Shown here: piece by piece, positions 15,970-23,565 of the stretch
Layout of the letters: each line of letters opens with the position of its first letter
How positions within the stretch are numbered: position 1 is the stretch's first letter
Source of the DNA: Gemmatimonadota bacterium
GTDB taxonomy: Bacteria > Gemmatimonadota > Gemmatimonadetes > Gemmatimonadales > GWC2-71-9
DNA: 45,698 nt
Assembly (NCBI GenBank): GCA_016794825.1
Contig: JAEUJH010000672.1
Span: 1 to 45,698 of the forward strand
Direction of reading: 5' to 3'
Made by a program: the position numbers and the translations under genes
The notes under the pieces: model-generated
Told to the model about the DNA's origin: nothing
Seen by the model: only the letters and a program-made list of their open reading frames with translations
Database searches by the model: none

Positions 15970-16260
15970 ATGAAGTACTTCCATCGCACCTCGGTCGCCC
16001 CGGACGACGTCGTCGCCCGGGCGGCCCGGTACTTCGGCGCCCGGATGAGCCCGACCGAGGAAGGCCTCCGGCGCCGGAAGTTCTCGAGCGCGGTCGGGCA
16101 GCTGTCGGTGTCGGTCCAGGCCGAGGGCGGCCACTACACCCTCGTCACGGTGGAAACCAATCAGCCCGGCGAGAGCGAACTCGACAAGTTCGCCAAGCGG
16201 TTCCTCGGGACGGTTCACACCATGGCGGACGAGACCCACGCGCTCCGGGGAGCCTACTGA
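15970..16260 (+). CDS. hypothetical small protein (96 aa)
   Basis: ATG lies 7 nt after the MIPS stop, and its own stop is 4 nt before the E1-alpha GTG. GC3-rich, non-repetitive sequence (MKYFHRTSVAPDDVVARAARYFGARMS...). No motif recognised. Confidence 0.6.
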   Translation: MKYFHRTSVAPDDVVARAARYFGARMSPTEEGLRRRKFSSAVGQLSVSVQAEGGHYTLVTVETNQPGESELDKFAKRFLGTVHTMADETHALRGAY

Positions 16261-16264
16261 TCCC

Positions 16265-17305
16265 GTGACCGCCACGCCGAACGCGGCAGCCATCCCGGCG
16301 GGGCTCCGCCGGGAGCAGCTGCACGAGCTGTACTACTGGATGCGGCTCACCCGCTCGCTCGAAGAGAAGCTGGTGAATCTGTATCGCCAGACCAAGGTCA
16401 TCGGCGGGCTGTTCCGTTCTCTCGGGCAGGAGGCCGACGCGGTCGGGAGCGCCTTCGCGCTCGACCGGACCAAGGGCGACATCCTCTCGCCCCTGATCCG
16501 GAACCTGGGCTCGATGCTGGTCCAGGGCGCCACCCCGATCGAGGTGCTCCGCCAGTACATGGCCAAGGCCGAGAGCCCCACCCGCGGCCGGGAACTCAAC
16601 ATCCACTTCAACGATCTCGAGCGTGGGTTCCTCGGCCAGATCTCCCACCTCGGCGACATGGTGCCGGTCATGGCCGGCGTCTGTCTCTCGTTCCGGATGC
16701 GGAAGCAGGACCGGGTCGGCATGGTGTACATCGGTGATGGCGCCATGAGCACCGGGTCGTTTCACGAGGGGATCAACTTCGCGGCCGTCCAGAAGCTCCC
16801 GCTCGTCATCATCTGCGAGAACAACGGCTACGCCTACTCCACGCCGATGAGTCGGCAGACCGCGGTCAAATTCCTGGTCGAGAAGGCGGCCGGCTACGGC
16901 GTCGCCGGCGAGCAGGCCGACGGCAACGACGTCCTGGCGGTCTACGAGACCACCAAGCGCGCGGTCGATCGGGCCCGTGCCGGCGGCGGCGTGACGCTGG
17001 TCGAGTTGATCACCTACCGCCGGAAGGGCCACGCCGAGCACGACAACCAGTCGTACGTCCCCAAGGAAGAGATCGAGGCCTGGGAGGCGCGCGACCCGAT
17101 CGACCGCTACACCCGTCGGCTGGTCGAAAGCGGCTGGGCCACGACCGCGGATCTCGCCGCGCTCGACGCCCGGGTTGCCGCCGAGATCGACGCCGCGGTG
17201 GCCATCTGCGAGAACGAGCCGCTGCCCGAGCCGCTCACCGCGCTCGACGGCGTGCTGGCCGACCCGCCCAAGGCGGAGCTCGAGTGGTATCGGAGGCTCC
17301 CGTGA
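16265..17305 (+). CDS. 2-oxo acid dehydrogenase E1 component alpha subunit (pyruvate/branched-chain type, ThDP-dependent)
   Basis: ThDP motif YIGDGAMSTGSFHEGINFAAVQKLPLVIICENNGYA. Also has the YRRKGHAEHD phospho-loop-like region. Confidence 0.9.
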   Translation: MTATPNAAAIPAGLRREQLHELYYWMRLTRSLEEKLVNLYRQTKVIGGLFRSLGQEADAVGSAFALDRTKGDILSPLIRNLGSMLVQGATPIEVLRQYMAKAESPTRGRELNIHFNDLERGFLGQISHLGDMVPVMAGVCLSFRMRKQDRVGMVYIGDGAMSTGSFHEGINFAAVQKLPLVIICENNGYAYSTPMSRQTAVKFLVEKAAGYGVAGEQADGNDVLAVYETTKRAVDRARAGGGVTLVELITYRRKGHAEHDNQSYVPKEEIEAWEARDPIDRYTRRLVESGWATTADLAALDARVAAEIDAAVAICENEPLPEPLTALDGVLADPPKAELEWYRRLP

Positions 17306-18279
17306 GCGAGGTCACTTACCTCGAGGCGCTCCGCGACGGCCTCCGCGAGGAGCTCGAGCGCGACGAGCGCGTCTTCATGCTCGGCGAGGACATCGGCGGC
17401 TACGGCGGCGCGTTCAAGGTCACCGACGGCTTCCAGGCCCGGTTCGGGGCCGAGCGAATCATCGAGACCCCGATTTCCGAAACGGCCATCATCGGAGCCG
17501 CCGCCGGCGCCGCGCACATGGGCTTCCGCCCGGTGTGCGAAATGCAGTTCATCGACTTCCTGTCCTGCGGCTACTCGATCCTGACCAACTACGTCGCCAC
17601 GGCGCGCTATCGGGCCGATCTCAAGACCCCGATGGTCATCCGCGGCCCGTCGGGCGGCTACGTCCGCGGAGGCCCGTTCCATTCCCAGAATCCCGAGGCC
17701 TCCTACGTCCACACGCCCGGCCTCAAGGTGGTGGCACCGGCCACCGCCCGCGACGCCAAGGGCCTGATCAAGGCGGCCATCCGCGACGATGATCCGGTGC
17801 TCTACTTCGAGCACAAGTACCTCTACCGCCGGATCAAGGAGAACCTCCCCGCCGGCGAGGAGATCCTCACCCCGATCGGGAAGGCCCGGACCGCGCGGGA
17901 AGGGAAGCACCTGACCATCATTACCTATTCGGCCATGGTCTGGAAGTCGCTCGAGGCCGCCGAGGTGCTCGACCGCGAGGGGGTGTCCGTCGAAGTGCTC
18001 GACCTCCGCACCCTGCTCCCCCTCGACGCCGACGCCATCGTCGCGAGCGTCCGGAAGACCAACCGGGCCCTGGTGGTGCACGAGGACACCCGGACCGGCG
18101 GACTCGCGGGCGAGATCGCGGCCCTGATCAACGAACGCTGTTTCGAATGGCTGGACGCCCCGGTCCGCCGGGTGTGCGCGCACGACGTGCCGCTGCCGTA
18201 CGCGCCGACCCTCGAGGACTTCGTCCTGCCGCAGACCGATGACATCGTCAAAGCCGCCCGCTGGATGGCGGCGTACTAG
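17302..18279 (+). CDS. 2-oxo acid dehydrogenase E1 component beta subunit
   Basis: GTG 17302 is preceded by GGAGG and overlaps the alpha stop (GTGA). VTYLEALRDGLREELERDERVFMLGEDIG.. and ETPISE, EHKYLYR motifs are present. Confidence 0.9.
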   Translation: MSEVTYLEALRDGLREELERDERVFMLGEDIGGYGGAFKVTDGFQARFGAERIIETPISETAIIGAAAGAAHMGFRPVCEMQFIDFLSCGYSILTNYVATARYRADLKTPMVIRGPSGGYVRGGPFHSQNPEASYVHTPGLKVVAPATARDAKGLIKAAIRDDDPVLYFEHKYLYRRIKENLPAGEEILTPIGKARTAREGKHLTIITYSAMVWKSLEAAEVLDREGVSVEVLDLRTLLPLDADAIVASVRKTNRALVVHEDTRTGGLAGEIAALINERCFEWLDAPVRRVCAHDVPLPYAPTLEDFVLPQTDDIVKAARWMAAY

Positions 18280-18294
18280 CTGGAGAGAGACTCA

Positions 18295-19677
18295 ATGGCC
18301 CGCATCGACGTCGCAATGCCCCAGATGGGCGAGTCCATCGCCGAGGGCACCCTGTCCAAGTGGCTGAAGAAGGTCGGAGACCCCGTCAAGCGGGACGAGC
18401 CGATCTTCGAGATCTCGACCGACAAGGTCGACGCCGAAATCCCCTCGCCGACGGCCGGGGTGCTGGCCGAAATCCTGGTGCTCGAAGGGCAGACCGTGCC
18501 CGTCCAGACCCTGGTGGCGCGGATCGAAACCGACGCGGGCGCCGCCGCGGCCCCGGCCGCCCCCGCCGCGCCGGCCCCAGCTCCCGCCGCCGCGTCCGCT
18601 CCAGCGCCGGCTGCCGCCAAGCCCGCCGCGCCGGCGCCGGCTCCCGCGCCCGCCAAGGCGCCGCCGCCGCCCCCGGCCGTCCCGGCCGAGGAGTCGATGG
18701 AAGACCGGCTCCGTCGGAAGTCGACGCCGGTGGTTCGGAAGATCGCGGCCGAGCACGGCGTCGACATCAGCGCGGTGCCCGGAACCGGCCTCGCCGGCCG
18801 GGTGACCAAGCACGACCTCCTCGGCTTCCTCGAATCCGGCGCGGCCGCGCCGGCGCCCGCCGCCCCCGCGGCGCCGGCCGCACCCCGAGCTCCCGCCGCT
18901 CCCGCGGCCCCGCCGCCGGTGGCGGCGCCCGCCGGTGGCGTTACGGTCATTCCTGGGCCGGTGGTCGAACCGTGGGAGGGCGACAAGGTCGAGCCGTGGT
19001 CGCGGATCCGGAAGCTCACCGCCGACCACATGATCATGTCCCGGCGGGTGTCGCCCCACGTGGCGAGCCTGATCGAGATCGACTACACCCGGGTGTCCCA
19101 GGTCCGGGCGCGTCGCAAGGCGGAGTTCGCGGAGCGGGGCGTCAACCTGACGTTCCTCGCGTTCATCGCCAAGGCGGTGGCGGACAATCTCCGCAAGCAC
19201 CCGGTCGTCAACTCCGCCGTCATGGGCGAGGCCACCATTCTCCGGCGCGAGATCAACCTCGGCATTGCCGTGGCCCTCGACTGGGGTCTGATCGTGCCGG
19301 TCGTGCGCCGCGCCGATGAACTCAACCTGTTTGGTCTGGCCCGCTCGATCGGCGATCTCGCCGACCGGGCCCGGAACAAGAAGCTCTCGCCCGATGAGGT
19401 CCAGAAGGGGACGTTCACCATCACCAACCCGGGCGGGTTCGGGACGATCGTCGGCCTGCCGATCATCAACCAGCCGCAGTCGGCCATCCTCGCCGTCGGG
19501 GCCATCGAAAAGCAGCCGGCCGTGATCACCCAGCCGGACGGCACCGACACCATCGCCATTCGCACCAAGGGCATCCTGGCGATGTCGTTCGATCACCGGG
19601 TCGTCGACGGGGCGGACGCCGATCGGTTCCTGGCCGATCTCAAGAAGTCGCTCCACGAATTCCCCGACAACGCCTGA
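18295..19677 (+). CDS. dihydrolipoamide acyltransferase (E2) with one lipoyl domain
   Basis: Lipoyl motif EISTDKVDAEIPS. Two Ala/Pro linkers. Peripheral subunit-binding domain (STPVVRKIAAEHGVDISAVPGTGLAGRVTKHDL). Catalytic domain with SFDHRVVDG. Confidence 0.9.
   Translation: MARIDVAMPQMGESIAEGTLSKWLKKVGDPVKRDEPIFEISTDKVDAEIPSPTAGVLAEILVLEGQTVPVQTLVARIETDAGAAAAPAAPAAPAPAPAAASAPAPAAAKPAAPAPAPAPAKAPPPPPAVPAEESMEDRLRRKSTPVVRKIAAEHGVDISAVPGTGLAGRVTKHDLLGFLESGAAAPAPAAPAAPAAPRAPAAPAAPPPVAAPAGGVTVIPGPVVEPWEGDKVEPWSRIRKLTADHMIMSRRVSPHVASLIEIDYTRVSQVRARRKAEFAERGVNLTFLAFIAKAVADNLRKHPVVNSAVMGEATILRREINLGIAVALDWGLIVPVVRRADELNLFGLARSIGDLADRARNKKLSPDEVQKGTFTITNPGGFGTIVGLPIINQPQSAILAVGAIEKQPAVITQPDGTDTIAIRTKGILAMSFDHRVVDGADADRFLADLKKSLHEFPDNA
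18535..18687 (+). repeat. low-complexity GC-rich Ala/Pro-coding linker 1 of E2
   Basis: Encodes AGAAAAPAAPAAPAPAPAAASAPAPAAAKPAAPAPAPAPAKAPPPPPAVP. It is the source of several spurious antisense ORFs. Confidence 0.7.
18838..18933 (+). repeat. low-complexity Ala/Pro-coding linker 2 of E2
   Basis: Encodes AAAPAPAAPAAPAAPRAPAAPAAPPPVAAPAG. Confidence 0.7.
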
Positions 19678-19691
19678 CGGAGACGACGATC

Positions 19692-19949
19692 ATGCCGCGC
19701 ATCATCGAGGTCGACGGGGCTCGCTGGACGGTGACGCCGAGTGGTCGGCGGACCCAGTATGCCAAGGACGAGTTCACCGTCCAGTTCGCCCGGGCCGACG
19801 GGTCCGAGGTTCGGGCCGCCCGGTATTCGCCGCGCGACTCGAAGGCTCGGGAGGATTCACTCTTCGAGCTCACCGAGGCCCAGCTGACCGACCTGTTCCG
19901 ACGGTCCCAGCCGTCGTGGACCACGCCGGAACTCGGGTACCGCCGCTGA
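19692..19949 (+). CDS. hypothetical small protein (85 aa)
   Basis: ATG lies 14 nt after the E2 stop, preceded by GGAG. GC3-rich, non-repetitive (MPRIIEVDGARWTVTPSGRRTQYAKDEFTVQF...). No motif recognised. Confidence 0.55.
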   Translation: MPRIIEVDGARWTVTPSGRRTQYAKDEFTVQFARADGSEVRAARYSPRDSKAREDSLFELTEAQLTDLFRRSQPSWTTPELGYRR

Positions 19950-20797
19950 GCGCCTTCGCGGACCTCCATCTCCACAGCACGGCCTCCGACGGGACGCTCG
20001 CTCCGTCGGAGGTCGTTCGTCTTGGGGTCGAAGCCGGGCTCGCGGCGATCGGGCTGACCGATCACGACACGGTGGCCGGCGTCGCGGAAGCCCGCGCCGC
20101 GGGGCTCGCCGCCGGGATCCGGGTGGTGGCGGGCTGCGAGTTCTCGGTTGGGGCCGATGGTGGCGAAGTGCACCTGCTTGGCTACGCGCTGCCCGACACC
20201 GATCCCGAACTGCTGACCACGCTCGACCGGATGCGGGCCGCCCGGGCCGACCGCGGGCATGCGATGGTGGCCCGGATCGCCGCCTGCGGAATTCCGCTCG
20301 AGTACGCCGACGTCGAACGGGAGGCCGCCGGGGCGCCGATCGGCCGCCCTCACGTGGCCCGGGCGTTGATCGCCCGCAAGGCGGTCCGTTCGATCGAGGA
20401 GGCGTTCGACCGCCTGCTGGGCCGGGGCCGGCCGGCGTTCGTGCCGAAGGCGTTGCCGGAGTTGGCGGAGATCTGCGATCTGATCCGCCGGGTCGGTGGC
20501 GTCTCGTCGATCGCCCACCCCAAGGACCGGCTCAACCGGGCGGCGCTGGAGGAACTGCGGGCCCAGGGGCTCGACGCGATCGAGGTGTGTCACCCGAGCC
20601 ATTCCGGCCCGGTTCGCGCCAACCTCGAACGGCTCGCGGCCGAACTCGGTCTGCTGCCGACCGGGGGCAGCGACTCTCACGGCGCGGCCGCCGCCAGTCC
20701 GTCGCACGCGGTGGTCGGCGGCGAGCGGATCCCGATCGCCTGGGTCGACCGCCTCGAAGCCCTGGCCGCCAGTCGGCGGGCGCCGTCGGTTTCCTGA
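19916..20797 (+). CDS. PHP domain phosphoesterase (TrpH/YciV family)
   Basis: ADLHLHSTASDGTL, GLTDHDT, the CEFS..HLLGY block, and HP...GGSDSHG. GTG 19916 overlaps the small upstream ORF by 34 nt, so the start is uncertain. Confidence 0.8.
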   Translation: MDHAGTRVPPLSAFADLHLHSTASDGTLAPSEVVRLGVEAGLAAIGLTDHDTVAGVAEARAAGLAAGIRVVAGCEFSVGADGGEVHLLGYALPDTDPELLTTLDRMRAARADRGHAMVARIAACGIPLEYADVEREAAGAPIGRPHVARALIARKAVRSIEEAFDRLLGRGRPAFVPKALPELAEICDLIRRVGGVSSIAHPKDRLNRAALEELRAQGLDAIEVCHPSHSGPVRANLERLAAELGLLPTGGSDSHGAAAASPSHAVVGGERIPIAWVDRLEALAASRRAPSVS

Positions 20798-20861
20798 CGA
20801 GCCGGTCGAGAGGGTCGCTGCGGGCGGGTGCGGTGCCCCGCGCGCGTGGAGGTGAGGCGCG

Positions 20862-21641
20862 ATGACACACGAGGCAGAAGACGAGGCCCCCGTGGTGGCC
20901 ACCACCTTTCGCGACGTGGTGGTGATCGGGGGCGGCTGCTACGGGACGTTCTACGCCGGCCAGCTCCACGAAGCCCGTGCCCGGGGCAAGGCCGACTTCC
21001 GCTCCGTCCTCGTGGTCGATCGCGACCCGGCCTGCCAGGCGGTCCGCGAAGGGCGTCTGGGCGAGCGCGTCGAACTGGTGGTGGCCGACTGGAGCGCCTT
21101 CCTCGACGCCTTTCTCGAGCGCCCGGCGCCGGCCCCGGGCCAGCCGGACGACGCCATCGTCCCCTCGCCGTTGATGCCGCACCTGATGGCTCAGTGGCTC
21201 GAACGAACCGCCAGCCGACTCGCCCCGAGTCGGCACCCCCGGCCGGTGCCCGCCGAGCGTCCCCTCGGCACGCCCTACGACGTCCTGGCGCCCGACGGGA
21301 CCCGCTATGTCTCGTTTGCCGACTGGCTCTGTCCCACCCATTGCATCGAGCCCGCCATCTGCCCGGTCATTCGGGCGCCCCGGACCTGGGAAATGGGCGA
21401 TGCCCTGGAGCACTACGTCCAGCGGGCCGATCGGCGGCGCCCGACGCTCGGCCCCGCCTTGTTCGTCACCCGCCACCGCGCGTTCGGCGTCGGGATGTTC
21501 GACGTGGCCGAGGCGCGAGCCGCCCGCGCGGTCGTGGAGCAGGCCGTCGCCCGACCGGACCCGGTCGAGGTGGTGGTGGCGACCATTTCCTCCTGCCACG
21601 GCGCGGTTGGGGTGTTGCGATTCGACCCGGCGACGGGCTGA
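20862..21641 (+). CDS. hypothetical dinucleotide-binding (Rossmann-like) protein with a Cys cluster
   Basis: DVVVIGGGCYGTFYAGQL followed by SVLVVDRD is a GxGxxG plus acidic beta2 end. CPTHCIEPAICP (C-x3-C-x6-C) plus a distal SSCHG. GC3-rich, with GGAGGTGAGG upstream of the ATG. Family not recognised. Confidence 0.65.
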   Translation: MTHEAEDEAPVVATTFRDVVVIGGGCYGTFYAGQLHEARARGKADFRSVLVVDRDPACQAVREGRLGERVELVVADWSAFLDAFLERPAPAPGQPDDAIVPSPLMPHLMAQWLERTASRLAPSRHPRPVPAERPLGTPYDVLAPDGTRYVSFADWLCPTHCIEPAICPVIRAPRTWEMGDALEHYVQRADRRRPTLGPALFVTRHRAFGVGMFDVAEARAARAVVEQAVARPDPVEVVVATISSCHGAVGVLRFDPATG

Positions 21642-21671
21642 CCCGCCGGAGACCCGATCGGCCCGTGCTCC

Positions 21672-22190
21672 TCAGAGGACCAGGGCCAGCACCGTCAGGG
21701 CGGCGATGCACTGGCCCGCGAGGACATCGCCGGGGTAGTGGACCCCGAGCATCACCCGGCTCCAACCGACCAGCAGGCCGATGGTGACGAGCGGAAGGGT
21801 CAGGGCGGGGAACGCCGTCGCGTAGGCCAGGGCCACGGCCAGGCTCGAGGCGGAGTGTCCGGATGGGAACGAGAACCGATCGGGATTGGCGATCGTGGCT
21901 CGGCCCGGGTGCGCGGTCGACGGTCTTGGCCGCCCGATGAGCCGCTTGGCGACCTGGATGACCAGGTGCGAGATGACCAGCGCCAGCGCCGCCCTGATGG
22001 AGACGTCCCGGGGCCAGGGTTCGAGCGCGAGTGGAAGGGTCACGGCGGCGATGGTGACGACCGCGCTGCCGAGGGCCGTGATGCCGATCCAGACCCGGCG
22101 GCGGATTCGAGAGCCCTCGGAGCCGAGCGACCAGCGGAGAAAGAGATCCCGATCGCGGCGGTCGAGGCGGTGGAGCAGGCTGGCGCGCAT
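21672..22190 (-). CDS. PAP2 family lipid phosphatase
   Basis: ATG 22190 inside track ORF 21672..22274. Canonical C1/C2/C3 motifs KRLIGRPRP, PSGHS, SRVMLGVHYPGD. Several TM segments. Confidence 0.8.
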   Translation of the reverse strand: MRASLLHRLDRRDRDLFLRWSLGSEGSRIRRRVWIGITALGSAVVTIAAVTLPLALEPWPRDVSIRAALALVISHLVIQVAKRLIGRPRPSTAHPGRATIANPDRFSFPSGHSASSLAVALAYATAFPALTLPLVTIGLLVGWSRVMLGVHYPGDVLAGQCIAALTVLALVL

Positions 22191-22291
22191 GGCGGACCCC
22201 CGGGTCCAGGAGACGGGGTAAAGGTCGGGGACGGTCGTTAGGCCCCGGCCACGGGCCGGTCTCGATCGAGTCACGAGGCCTCCGGACCGAT

Positions 22292-22309
22292 CCGTGACCG
22301 GAGCCTAAC
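22292..22309 (+). promoter_or_regulatory. composite cis-element CCGTGACCGG-a-GCCTAAC upstream of GT4-A
   Basis: The 10-mer at 22292..22301 ends 40 nt before ATG 22342. The same 10-mer in the same gene-relative orientation lies 33 nt before GTG 25916 and 41 nt before ATG 30135 (minus strand). A GTTAGGC/GCCTAAC word adjoins it in all three places. Confidence 0.45.
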
Positions 22310-22341
22310 GTCATCGTGACGGCGGCCGGCCATCGTTCGGG

Positions 22342-23565
22342 ATGCGCGCCCTCTATTTCAGCGATACCTATCCCCCCCAGGTCAACGGCGTCTCCGTCGT
22401 CACCGAACTGTCCGTGGCCGGTCTGCTCGACCGCGGCTGGGACGTCGGGCTGGTCACGCCCCGGTACCCCGGCGGGCCAGGCGTGTTCGGTCGGGCCGCC
22501 GGGCAGTCGCTGCTGGAACTGCCCGCGCGGCCCTGCCCGGGCTATCCCGAAATCCAGCTGGCAGCCCCCCGGTTCGTGAAGGCGCTCGGGGCGGCTCGGC
22601 GGTTCCGCCCCGACCTGATCCACTGCGCCACCGAATTCTCCACCGGTTGGGTCGGTCAGTGGGTCGCCCGCCGGCTCGGCGTGCCGGTCGTCACCTCCTA
22701 TCACACCGACTTCGGCCGCTACATGGAGGCGTACGGGGTTCCCTGGCTCCGGTCGCCGGTGACCCGGTTCCTGACCGGCTTCCATCGGCGGGCCCGCCGG
22801 ACTCTGACGCCGTCGCGGGTCACCCGCACCGAGCTGGTGGAGCGGGGCATCGAACGAGCGATGGTCTGGGGTTGCGGGGTCGACGCGGTCCGGTTCGCGC
22901 CGGGGCGGCGCTCGGAGGAGCGGCGCCGGGCCCTCGGCGTCGACGGCCGGTTCCTGTTCCTTCATGTCGGTCGGCTCGCGCCCGAAAAGGGGGTCGACCG
23001 GATCCTGGCCGCGTTTGGGCGGTGCCGGGCCGTCCTGGGCGACCGGGTCCAGCTGATCATCGCCGGCGACGGTCCGGCCCGCGAGGAGCTGGCCCGCCTG
23101 GCGCCACCCGGCGTCACCCTGCTCGGTTACCTCGACCGCCACGTCGACCTGCCGGAGCTCTACGCCAGCGCCGACGCCTTCCTCTTCGCCTCCGAAACGG
23201 AGACCCTCGGGCTCGTCATCCTCGAGGCCATGGCCAGCGGGTTGCCCGTGGTCGCCGCCCCGGCGGGAGGGGTGGCGGATCACCTCGAGCACGGCGTCAA
23301 CGGCCTGGCGTTCGCGCCCGGTGATGGGGAGGCGATGACCCGCTTCATGATCGAGCTGGTGGAGCATCCCCCGTTCCGGAACGCGCTCGCCGACGGGGCC
23401 CGCCGGACCGCCGAACGGCTCTCGTGGGATCTCGAGCTCGACCGGCTCGATCGCTGCTACCGGGAGGTGTTGGCCGAGGGCGCCGGGGCCGTCGCGGCGA
23501 CGGCCGAGTTGCCGGAACGATCCGATCGATCGATGATTCCGGCGGCTCCCACCCCTCCGGCATGA
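22342..23565 (+). CDS. GT4 family glycosyltransferase (lipid-directed MgtA/PimB/SqdX-like), GT4-A
   Basis: MRALYFSDTYPPQVNGVS N-terminus. GRLAPEKG, and a C-terminal ETLGLVILEAMASGLPVVA...E motif (EX7E). Confidence 0.85.
   Translation: MRALYFSDTYPPQVNGVSVVTELSVAGLLDRGWDVGLVTPRYPGGPGVFGRAAGQSLLELPARPCPGYPEIQLAAPRFVKALGAARRFRPDLIHCATEFSTGWVGQWVARRLGVPVVTSYHTDFGRYMEAYGVPWLRSPVTRFLTGFHRRARRTLTPSRVTRTELVERGIERAMVWGCGVDAVRFAPGRRSEERRRALGVDGRFLFLHVGRLAPEKGVDRILAAFGRCRAVLGDRVQLIIAGDGPAREELARLAPPGVTLLGYLDRHVDLPELYASADAFLFASETETLGLVILEAMASGLPVVAAPAGGVADHLEHGVNGLAFAPGDGEAMTRFMIELVEHPPFRNALADGARRTAERLSWDLELDRLDRCYREVLAEGAGAVAATAELPERSDRSMIPAAPTPPA

Noticed and set aside
15970-16260. The small ORFs 15970..16260 and 19692..19949 as toxin-antitoxin or defence components
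   Set aside because: They are single small genes embedded in metabolic operons. There is no partner small gene, no nuclease, ATPase or HTH motif, and no mobile-element context.
14515-16293. 592-aa minus-strand ORF covering the MIPS region
   Set aside because: It is antisense to a gene with unmistakable MIPS motifs. The translation is R/G/E/L/V-rich with no motif. Long open antisense frames are expected at this GC content because stop codons are AT-rich.
18276-19656. Minus-strand ORFs 18276..19037 and 18292..19656 and plus-strand ORF 18360..19319 inside the E2 gene, with Ala/Gly or Arg/Gly repeats
   Set aside because: They are by-products of the GC-rich Ala/Pro linker DNA of E2 read in other frames or strands. 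The E2 frame has lipoyl, PSBD and catalytic motifs.
22236-22310. The 13-bp inverted repeat pair as the ends of a miniature transposable element (MITE)
   Set aside because: I see no target-site duplication flanking the arms and no second full copy of the 75-bp unit elsewhere in the window. Only the short words recur, and they do so at fixed distances from start codons, which fits a regulatory element better.
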